64,000 nt of DNA from a virus. Shown here in pieces: positions 1 to 7,849 of the stretch; position 1 is the first letter of the stretch; each line of letters starts with the position of its first letter. The notes under the pieces are model-generated. The model did no database searches and was not told the DNA's origin. It was given only the letters and a program-made list of their open reading frames with translations. The stretch is taken from positions 16,763 through 80,762 of the IMG/VR virus record IMGVR_UViG_3300033182_000595. One strand, given 5' to 3'. The translations under genes were made by a program, and so were the position numbers.

Positions 1-1
1 C

Positions 2-2725
2 TACTCTGTATTATTTTCTAAGGAAGTGGTGGATCGTTTCGTCAAGCCATACACCAATACAGATGTAAGACAGAGTGTGTTCCGCGGACCAAAGGATGAG
101 GATGGATACTCCCCAGAGCTAGGCAATAGTTTTATTAGTGAAGCATTCAAGGCATCCGATGGGGATATCTTTGAGATGTCCAATTATATTTATGACCAAG
201 TAGCGGAAGATCCTACTGATCGTGGTAAGTTGGAGTGGCAACACGCTTTCCTTAAGCAATTCTTTAAGAGACACGCACAGATAAAGAAGGTATCGAATCG
301 TATCTCAAGGGAAAAGAACGGGATGCACAGCGGTGAGAGTATGCGTAACACACCTCAAAGCCTGGACGCTCGTATGGTTGAGAGTCGGTTACCGAAGGAG
401 TTCTTCTTCTACAATATGTATGACGAGGTATCCTCTAACATTAGGCTGGCTTTAATGACTGCAACCTCTGCCTTTGGTCGTGATGGAGAGTATGCTAATC
501 GTGCGAGAAAAGAAGGTGGTGACAACTTAGATGGTGCCGCATCCACATTCAATGAGTTGATGTCCCGTGTCACCAAGAGTCCTCACAAAAAACCAAGAGC
601 TACATATAGCAGACAGCAGAAAAAGGAAGCGTACGAAGAACTCCGTAAGGACGGATATCAGAATGTAGAGAAAGTATGGAATGATCTGTACACTAAAGCG
701 ATTGCTCACGGTGAACTAATGGTAGCCTTCGATCACCTCGGTAAGTACTACGGGCGGGACAACATAGCCGGACCTTATCAGGATGCGAATCTGTTGCTCG
801 AGCTACTCGGTGCGCAGTCAATGCAAGTGCTGAATAATCCGAAGTCATCGTTCTGGCAGGCACTCTCCTTGTTTGAGTTCCCGAATGCTTTCCGTGGATT
901 AAACAAGATTGCAGGAAAGGCGACCGCATCAGCGTTAGGCAATTTCGTAAACCAAACCTTTGGTGGGATCGCTGAAGCTATGGGTGTAGAGTTAGGTAAG
1001 ACTGGGCGGTACGCTCAGTATTTAAATAATACGCACTTCCGCATGGACGAGATGGATCTCTCGTTTAAGGAGTACAATGCGATGGTGGGGTCGGGTGGTG
1101 ATTTAGCCGAGACCATACGAAGCCGACCCGCACTTGGATTAAAGAAGTATATCCGCATGACCAAGAACCTTGCGACCCACCACCGCAGAAAGAAAAAGGA
1201 TGGTACACGGGCTCCAATAGATCCACTTACACCATTCACGGGCATATTCCCATACATCAATAATGTAGTGAACCACTCGATTGGTGTTGGTGCTATCCAT
1301 ACATATAGCGACCTAGTCCTACAAATAGCTGAAGTAATTGAGAGCCAAGGATACACAGAGTATCGTGAGTTCACCGCCAAAGACTTAGGCATGGGTGGCA
1401 AGATGGGGGAGTGGGTACTAGGAGAAGAGGATGGGTATAACCGAGCCAATGAAATGCTTGTGTCTGCCGGGGGACCAACTATATCCCGCTTGGCATTCGA
1501 CTTTGTAGATCGCAAGAAGGGAGACAAGAACGCGCTACCGATCGAGAAAAACATGGCACTCCTGATCAATCAGGTAGCTATGAATAATGTATCGGGTGAA
1601 GGGTTTAACTCTAAGCCGTCCTGGCTATATACATCTCCAGCCATGCGTTACTTTAGTACCTTCCTTGGCTGGCCTCTTGGTAAGATGTCCCGTGACTTGC
1701 AGTTTATCTTCAGAGACCCAAATGATAGGGTACGCACCTACAAAGCATTACTTAAATACATTGCCTTAATGTCTGCGGTGTATGCACCCGTGGGTCTATC
1801 CTTTGCTATGCTTATAGATTGGTATGATGAGGAGATGTTGGAGAAACCAAACAACTTACCTCCAATGAGTCCATGGGCGGCACTTCCAATCGTTGGCATA
1901 CCTCTCGCCATGAGAGATGAGAACTTTACTTTATACTCTGTTACCTCCCGTTTAGCTAAAGCGGGTGTACCATTTGGTATGGGCATGGATGTGCTAAATG
2001 GAATGTTTGCCAAGGGTGATCCATACGGCTCTGCCCGTGAGCTTAGCTTGGATAGTAGAATCTTTGCATGGAGTATGTTTAAGAACATCTACGATGCCAT
2101 GGGTACGTGGATACACTCGGGAGAGTTTGACTGGCAAATGGTTGGTCGTCCGATCGCTTATGGTATTGGTGGAAATTCTGTAATACAAATGATGGATCTC
2201 ACTACTGCTCTCATGGATATAGACTCCGAAGAGCGTAGGGTAGCCGACTACATTGGTATGCGGAACTACATCAAGAAGACTGCATTCATGATGGGACTGC
2301 CACTTCGTCCACCATCCAAGGGCGGGCAGATGCCCACAGGAGTATCAATGAATACCAGGCAGATGGCAAGAGCCGCATTTGCAAATGACACAGAAGACTT
2401 CCTTGCTCAGTACCAAGAAGCACTAGAGGAAGCAAAAGATTATATTGATGAGCGTGGTATGGACATCACTCCTGAGAAATATGTGGCTGACGCATTTAAG
2501 GATAGGGATATCCGAAGCAATATAACTGCCCGCAAGATCGGTGACGAGGACTGGGCAGAGCTTATGAGCCTCTTACCAGAAGATGCCAGGGATAAGATAC
2601 AATCAGCGATCAATTCCCATGAGCATTACCTTAGACTTATCGGAGGATCTTACAGGGCTCCGTCCATAAGGACATCCTTCGATAGGGAACGCGCAAGACA
2701 GAGAGCCGCACTAATGCTATTATAA
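2..2725 (+). CDS. Large probable internal virion/ejection protein (5'-truncated by the window edge)
   Basis: Frame is open from the window start. More than 899 aa, helical, with hydrophobic segments, at the end of a late rightward operon. Function inferred from position and size only. Confidence 0.5.
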   Translation, partial: YSVLFSKEVVDRFVKPYTNTDVRQSVFRGPKDEDGYSPELGNSFISEAFKASDGDIFEMSNYIYDQVAEDPTDRGKLEWQHAFLKQFFKRHAQIKKVSNRISREKNGMHSGESMRNTPQSLDARMVESRLPKEFFFYNMYDEVSSNIRLALMTATSAFGRDGEYANRARKEGGDNLDGAASTFNELMSRVTKSPHKKPRATYSRQQKKEAYEELRKDGYQNVEKVWNDLYTKAIAHGELMVAFDHLGKYYGRDNIAGPYQDANLLLELLGAQSMQVLNNPKSSFWQALSLFEFPNAFRGLNKIAGKATASALGNFVNQTFGGIAEAMGVELGKTGRYAQYLNNTHFRMDEMDLSFKEYNAMVGSGGDLAETIRSRPALGLKKYIRMTKNLATHHRRKKKDGTRAPIDPLTPFTGIFPYINNVVNHSIGVGAIHTYSDLVLQIAEVIESQGYTEYREFTAKDLGMGGKMGEWVLGEEDGYNRANEMLVSAGGPTISRLAFDFVDRKKGDKNALPIEKNMALLINQVAMNNVSGEGFNSKPSWLYTSPAMRYFSTFLGWPLGKMSRDLQFIFRDPNDRVRTYKALLKYIALMSAVYAPVGLSFAMLIDWYDEEMLEKPNNLPPMSPWAALPIVGIPLAMRDENFTLYSVTSRLAKAGVPFGMGMDVLNGMFAKGDPYGSARELSLDSRIFAWSMFKNIYDAMGTWIHSGEFDWQMVGRPIAYGIGGNSVIQMMDLTTALMDIDSEERRVADYIGMRNYIKKTAFMMGLPLRPPSKGGQMPTGVSMNTRQMARAAFANDTEDFLAQYQEALEEAKDYIDERGMDITPEKYVADAFKDRDIRSNITARKIGDEDWAELMSLLPEDARDKIQSAINSHEHYLRLIGGSYRAPSIRTSFDRERARQRAALMLL

Positions 2726-2726
2726 T

Positions 2727-3635
2727 ATGCCAATAAAAAAACTACCTCCCGGTACGACAGAAATCATAGAGAAGAGTCGTAATGTACATTTCATAAAACA
2801 TCAGCTTAAGTCATCGCAGGAAAAGGATTCTTTCTGGGTACTACTTAGTTTCGATAGACATCACGATAATCCCAAGTCGGATAATGTCATGGAGCTTAGA
2901 CACCTCCGACAGGCAAGGGAGAGGAACGCGGTAATCATAGACGGAGGAGACTTGTTCTGTGCGATGCAAGGGAAGTATGACCCGAGATCAGACAAGCGAG
3001 ATGTAAAGCCAGAGCATCAGAAGGGGGACTACCTTGATTCATTGGTAAAGACCGCCGCTGATTTCTATGGTCCTTATGCTGATCTGTTTGCAGTTATGGC
3101 ACCAGGTAATCACGAGACTGCTATATCCAAAAGGCATGAGACCAACTTGACTGAGCGATTAGTTACTATGCTTAACGACAGGCATGGATCAAAGATTCAT
3201 GTGGGTGGGTTTAGCGGATGGATAAAATTCCAACTACTACTATTTGGGGAGGCAAGAACTGTAAACTTATGGTACCACCATGGATACGGAGGAGATGCTC
3301 CAGTTACGAAGGGAACTATACAAACAAGTAGGCAAGCGGTATATCTTCCTGATGCTCACATTGTAGCTACAGGACATACCCACAACGAATGGCAGTTCCC
3401 TATCCCTCGTATTAGATTAACTAATAAGGGGAAGGTGTACCATGATGAGCAACTACACTTAAAGGTTCCATCTTACAAGGAGGAGTATGTGGATGGGTAT
3501 GGTGGATGGCACATCGAAAGGGGTGGTCCACCCAAACCAACTGGTGCTGTGTGGCTTAGGATGAACCTCCGCAAGTCATCCAAGGACGGAGTGGATATAT
3601 GTGATCCAGTTATCGAAGCAATAAGAGCTAAATAG
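2727..3635 (+). CDS. Calcineurin-like metallophosphoesterase
   Basis: Motifs DRH, GGDLF, GNHE, HHG and GHTH in the canonical order. Confidence 0.85.
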   Translation: MPIKKLPPGTTEIIEKSRNVHFIKHQLKSSQEKDSFWVLLSFDRHHDNPKSDNVMELRHLRQARERNAVIIDGGDLFCAMQGKYDPRSDKRDVKPEHQKGDYLDSLVKTAADFYGPYADLFAVMAPGNHETAISKRHETNLTERLVTMLNDRHGSKIHVGGFSGWIKFQLLLFGEARTVNLWYHHGYGGDAPVTKGTIQTSRQAVYLPDAHIVATGHTHNEWQFPIPRIRLTNKGKVYHDEQLHLKVPSYKEEYVDGYGGWHIERGGPPKPTGAVWLRMNLRKSSKDGVDICDPVIEAIRAK

Positions 3636-3646
3636 TTTGCCAAAGT

Positions 3647-3668
3647 GTAACACGAAAAGGTAAGTTAC
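3647..3668 (+). promoter_or_regulatory. 22-bp palindromic operator-like motif, copy 1, inside a sigma70-like promoter (TTGCCA 3637-3642, TAAGTT 3661-3666)
   Basis: GTAAC-acgaaaaggtaa-GTTAC. Confidence 0.7.
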
Positions 3669-3672
3669 TTGT

Positions 3673-3798
3673 ATGCACCAACACATTATCGTGAATCATG
3701 ACATCGGACTACATTTGGTTATTTACTCTGACGAGGCCGAGGTAGACCTGGTTAGTATTCTCGATAAAGTAATCATAGAGCAACTGTGTCATGCCTAA
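3673..3798 (+). CDS. Small hypothetical protein (41 aa)
   Basis: ATG 4 nt after the operator motif; fills the gap and overlaps the next start. Confidence 0.35.
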   Translation: MHQHIIVNHDIGLHLVIYSDEAEVDLVSILDKVIIEQLCHA

Positions 3799-4021
3799 AC
3801 CCGGATACAGAGATCCTAATGCCAATCCTAGGAGTAAAAGGCAAAGGAAGTACCAGGGAAAACCTGAGCAACGAAAGAATAGATCGTCCCGAAATAAGGC
3901 ACGAAGGAAGTTAAAAGGGTGCAAAGGTAAGGATGTGCATCATAGGGATGGAAACCCAAGGAATAATAAGCGCTCCAACTTGGTGTGTATGTCTAAGAGA
4001 AAGAACCGAAGTATAAAATGA
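3791..4021 (+). CDS. Small basic HNH endonuclease-like protein
   Basis: DVHHRDGNPRNNKRSNL HNH signature. Confidence 0.75.
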   Translation: MPKPGYRDPNANPRSKRQRKYQGKPEQRKNRSSRNKARRKLKGCKGKDVHHRDGNPRNNKRSNLVCMSKRKNRSIK

Positions 4022-4227
4022 GCGTGTTCGACAAACAAGACGATGAGGCAAAGAAGAAATGCACCAATGAGTTTGTGTCTTTTTTGAAGAGGTGGGAGGC
4101 TGAGTCCGACCTAGAGAGTAACGAAATCTTAAATTGCGTATCTGATGCGATTGATGAGCTTTATGAAGAAGTGGATGAAGAGGTTGAATTTATTTCAGAG
4201 ATTGATCTCGATGGGGAAGAAGACTGA
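4018..4227 (+). CDS. Acidic hypothetical protein
   Basis: ATGA overlap with the upstream gene. Confidence 0.55.
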   Translation: MSVFDKQDDEAKKKCTNEFVSFLKRWEAESDLESNEILNCVSDAIDELYEEVDEEVEFISEIDLDGEED

Positions 4228-4352
4228 AGAGTATTCAATCTACTCGGAGAGATTTAAGCGTGAAGTCGATAAAGCGCATCGTGACTTTTTTGAAAGGCGT
4301 GGTATTCCACTCCATAGTCTTGATGGCGATTTTATCTTCGGAACCAAGGAGT

Positions 4353-5393
4353 TTAGGAGGCATCGTGCAAATAGCCTTTCGTCGTTTCCGTTCGAGAATG
4401 ACCTACCCATTTCGCAATCTTTTCAAGTGAAGAATTATAGTCCTCCTTATTAACACGGGAGACAAACGAGTGCCTGAATGAGTGGAAGCTTTTCCCTTCG
4501 ATCTCCATTCGGTTAAGAAATCTAGTAAAGTAAACACTGAACCTTGATCTTTTGTTTGGATCGCTGATTACCTCAGCCCACTCAGGAAAGCAATACCTTG
4601 AATCATTCTGTTCGATCTCGGTGATCGTCTTGCGAAGCAAGCCACCACCAATCAATGGATTGTCATAGGGTAGGGCGACCCTTGTGTCCGTCTTCTCTGT
4701 CCAGACATTCAAGTGATCCTCTCCCCATGAGTCCCACTCTAGCTTGCATACATCTACTGCACGCAGTCCTGTCCACCACCCAAGCGTTACGGCTTGCTTA
4801 AAGAAGTATGGAGCGTGTGCGACCATCTTCTTGTAATCTTCCTTGGTGAATGGAACTCTCTGCCTAGTCTCTTTTTGCTTGTGTGATAGTCGGCTCGCAT
4901 CCACCCGCACGCCAGCAGATGGATCGGTAAGAATGTAGCATTTTGCTACAGCAAAGTTTAGCATACTACGAATAGCGGCAAGCCTCTGATTCCTAGAGTT
5001 TAAGTTTACATCACACTTCTCATTGATGTAGTTAAAAATATGCTCTGATGTGATATCAGATAGCTTTCTGATGTTATTAAAGTTTGCGAACTTCTCCAGT
5101 ACAGTGACCTGAGTGTAGAGAGTATTGGCAGATTTGCATCTAACCATGGAATGCTCCTTCCACTCAGATATACACTCAGCTATGGTGAGATCGTCGTCGG
5201 CTAACATAAGAGTAAGGACATCACGATTTGCTTTCTTCTGCTTTATTAAAGACTCAGTAAGCTCGTACTTCTTAGCCATACTCTTGGCTTCCTTTTGGTT
5301 CTTTGTCTCTAGTGATACCGTGCGGGTCTTGCCCGACATTGTTTTAAATCTTACAGAATAAGTACCTGTCCGATCGCTCTTAATTAACTTCAT
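4353..5393 (-). CDS. int: Tyrosine recombinase/integrase (no. 1)
   Basis: TGLR, K(TD), HSFRH, VGH and GY catalytic motifs; N-terminal arm-binding-like region plus SAM-like domain. Confidence 0.9.
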   Translation of the reverse strand: MKLIKSDRTGTYSVRFKTMSGKTRTVSLETKNQKEAKSMAKKYELTESLIKQKKANRDVLTLMLADDDLTIAECISEWKEHSMVRCKSANTLYTQVTVLEKFANFNNIRKLSDITSEHIFNYINEKCDVNLNSRNQRLAAIRSMLNFAVAKCYILTDPSAGVRVDASRLSHKQKETRQRVPFTKEDYKKMVAHAPYFFKQAVTLGWWTGLRAVDVCKLEWDSWGEDHLNVWTEKTDTRVALPYDNPLIGGGLLRKTITEIEQNDSRYCFPEWAEVISDPNKRSRFSVYFTRFLNRMEIEGKSFHSFRHSFVSRVNKEDYNSSLEKIAKWVGHSRTETTKGYLHDAS

Positions 5394-5401
5394 AGTGTAT
5401 C

Positions 5402-5423
5402 GTTACATATCTTTATGTGTTAC
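5402..5423 (-). promoter_or_regulatory. Operator-like motif, copy 2, in the promoter of recombinase 1 (TTGACA on the minus strand at 5428-5433)
   Basis: GTTAC-atatctttatgt-GTTAC, 8 nt from the ATG. Confidence 0.7.
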
Positions 5424-5429
5424 TATTTG

Positions 5430-6290
5430 TCAAACTAATTGTAATTGTACATCATTATGTACAACCCTGTCATGGAATCTAATTGCTGACTCTATTCTGT
5501 TTTTACTTTTCCTTGGCAGACCATCCATGCGATCCGAGAAGTCGTAAGCGAATGAGTCCGCTGAGTAGATCCTGTCCTTGATCCGTGAGTTCTTGAGTCC
5601 TGTCTGCTTGAATCCAAAGAGGTGTATCTTTGGTCTGTTCCCGCGGAAGCTCCACTCAAGTGTATCAAGTATCTCAGCTACAACCTCTGGGTTTTTATTA
5701 CGCTTACAAGTTGAGCCAATGCCCACCCATCTAGTGTCGAGTACTGTGCCCTTAGTTGAGTGCCTGTTTAAATTGCCGAACTTCATGTCGTAATCTGTAT
5801 CAAACCTTTTACTTAGTGCATTCTCATACATCTCAAGGTGTTGCTTGTAATCCTCAACCTCCCAACCCTGGAGTACTGGCATGACCGGAACACGCAGATC
5901 GTACTTGTCAGCCGCCTCAAGTATCTGCATGTATCTCTCAACTGTTTTGCGTTGGTGAATACGGACGGAAGCACGGATACCCTTGTCCTGTAGTTGCCTA
6001 ATGACATCGGGCTCGCACATATAGTCCTGTGTTACTATGCACTGCAAGTCACCACATAACTCAAAGTACTTGGCTACCAGTACATATTCCTCGGGAGACA
6101 TAATAAAGTCCCCATAGGTTGTAATCTGCGAGAACGCACCCGAGTCCATCATCCACCTACTAACAGACAAAGGATACTTCCTCTGCCTAAGCCTACCACC
6201 CTCATTCCTAACCAATGAGTTGGCAGATATCATAACATTACGCTTCCACGCATTGTTGTGTCGGTCTGTACCTACAAAGTACTCACGCAT
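5430..6290 (-). CDS. dpdA: DpdA / tRNA-guanine transglycosylase-like deazapurine DNA base-exchange protein
   Basis: DSGAFS, QDYMCEP, PVLQGW, GIGSTC, IHLFG and SADS motifs of the TGT/DpdA fold. Confidence 0.7.
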   Translation of the reverse strand: MREYFVGTDRHNNAWKRNVMISANSLVRNEGGRLRQRKYPLSVSRWMMDSGAFSQITTYGDFIMSPEEYVLVAKYFELCGDLQCIVTQDYMCEPDVIRQLQDKGIRASVRIHQRKTVERYMQILEAADKYDLRVPVMPVLQGWEVEDYKQHLEMYENALSKRFDTDYDMKFGNLNRHSTKGTVLDTRWVGIGSTCKRNKNPEVVAEILDTLEWSFRGNRPKIHLFGFKQTGLKNSRIKDRIYSADSFAYDFSDRMDGLPRKSKNRIESAIRFHDRVVHNDVQLQLV

Positions 6291-6292
6291 AT

Positions 6293-6706
6293 TTACCTCC
6301 TTACTACTATTTCATATCCATCAGGAAGACGCATTGGCTTCCACCCACCGGGATGAAAGTATGTGTAATCCTGACTACATATATATTTATCTTCCCACTT
6401 CATGTACCCCGCTTCAGGGAACTTCATACCTTGTTTAACTAGCTTATCCAATGTGGAGATCATCCAATCGGTGGGTAGTGGCTCCTTTAGTCCAGCCTCC
6501 CTAATGTCATAAACAGTCTCATAGCTACCAATCCATTGGTACTCTGCTATTCTTCTAGCATCGTTCCTATCGGTAGCTTCTGTAACTTTATTAGTGTCAA
6601 ATGTGCCGACAAGTTTATTGCGATTATCTCTTACTTCCCAAGTGGAAGCGGATAATTTTTCTCTTCTTGATGGTACGATATTAACAGGGTTTTTATATGT
6701 TTTCAT
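6293..6706 (-). CDS. Hypothetical protein
   Basis: Coupled ORF in the leftward operon. Confidence 0.55.
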   Translation of the reverse strand: MKTYKNPVNIVPSRREKLSASTWEVRDNRNKLVGTFDTNKVTEATDRNDARRIAEYQWIGSYETVYDIREAGLKEPLPTDWMISTLDKLVKQGMKFPEAGYMKWEDKYICSQDYTYFHPGGWKPMRLPDGYEIVVRR

Positions 6707-7140
6707 GATGCTTGATTCCATCCGCAGTGCGGACATTCGATGTATTTGTTTTTCAATAGCTCACCAGGTGCTGGCTTGTAACCTGTTGATTTGATCTGAA
6801 TACCCGTAGCGAGTACACCTTGCCCTGTGATTGAGTGATTGCATTCAGGACAATCCATATCGTATTCCCCGATATAGCTTTCCTCCTTTTGCTCAATCCA
6901 TGTACCTCTACCAGTGAACATTGTGTGCAGAGTATCCGGAGTAAGCTCGACCATTTCTTCGGTGATCTTCCACTCGCCTACGGAGTTGCCATTGATATCT
7001 TTAAGTTTACCCGCTACCCATCCATCAAGTGGTGAGATCTTCGGGAGTAGTTGTTCTGTTAGTATGCGAGATAACTCGCCTGAGTTATGTTCGAATGCAC
7101 TATTGTCCATGCGAACCTCTAGGTTGAATGTTCGTTTCAT
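6703..7140 (-). CDS. Hypothetical protein with C-terminal CxxC...CxxC zinc ribbon
   Basis: CPEC and CPHC; N-terminal DNSAFE...DINGNSVG motif. Confidence 0.6.
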   Translation of the reverse strand: MKRTFNLEVRMDNSAFEHNSGELSRILTEQLLPKISPLDGWVAGKLKDINGNSVGEWKITEEMVELTPDTLHTMFTGRGTWIEQKEESYIGEYDMDCPECNHSITGQGVLATGIQIKSTGYKPAPGELLKNKYIECPHCGWNQAS

Positions 7141-7586
7141 TTTATTTGTAATAATTCTCTATCGCTGAATGAGTAATGCTTGCCGTGACCAATGATTACA
7201 TGATCTCGGACTGGTATCTTCAGTACATTGCCCGCTTGTACTAATTGTTTTGTTATTTGCAGATCCGCACTAGATGGCGTGGGATCTCCGCTTGGGTGGT
7301 TATGGCTCAGTATTACACCTGACGCACCTGACATAATAGCTGGTCTGAATACAATCGTGGGATTCAGTAAGCATGAGGACGCTAGTCCCGTAGACACTTT
7401 CTCCCGTGCGATTGGATAGAGCTTGGCGTTGAGCATAATTACCCACACTTGCTCTTGCATAGGGGCGTCATCGAATGCCCCCTCCATGTATTCAGCTACT
7501 CTGTTTGGCTCATCTAGCGGCCTATGTTCCATAATGCCAACCCGTTTGTATGTCTGTGTAGACTCGTATATAACCATCATCTCCAA
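7137..7586 (-). CDS. radC: RadC-like JAB/MPN metallo-domain protein
   Basis: Catalytic E (QE), HNHPSGDPTPSSAD and DHVIIG. Confidence 0.9.
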   Translation of the reverse strand: MEMMVIYESTQTYKRVGIMEHRPLDEPNRVAEYMEGAFDDAPMQEQVWVIMLNAKLYPIAREKVSTGLASSCLLNPTIVFRPAIMSGASGVILSHNHPSGDPTPSSADLQITKQLVQAGNVLKIPVRDHVIIGHGKHYSFSDRELLQIK

Positions 7587-7849
7587 ATTACTGGTAGTAT
7601 ATTGTGTTTATTAGTTGTTTTGTTATCTATGAATAATGCACCTCCATCGTTACCTTCGTCATCACTTTGCGGGATGACTACGATCTCTTCAGGAGTTTTG
7701 CCCATTCGTGGTTTCTTTAGGATCAGAGCAACAGGATTAGCGTGCCAGTCCTCGTCATCCATGTATTGGACATCGGTTATGGTGAAACCCACAAGTAACT
7801 TGCGAGCCTCACCATTCCAATAGTCCCTTATTTCTTTCTTTGTCTTCAT
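7577..7849 (-). CDS. Hypothetical protein
   Basis: DDEGNDGGALF motif; coupled ORF. Confidence 0.55.
   Translation of the reverse strand: MKTKKEIRDYWNGEARKLLVGFTITDVQYMDDEDWHANPVALILKKPRMGKTPEEIVVIPQSDDEGNDGGALFIDNKTTNKHNILPVIWR

Noticed and set aside
1015-2188. Several antisense ORFs of 60-184 aa (also many elsewhere in the ORF track)
   Set aside because: They overlap well-supported genes on the opposite strand and show no protein-like features.
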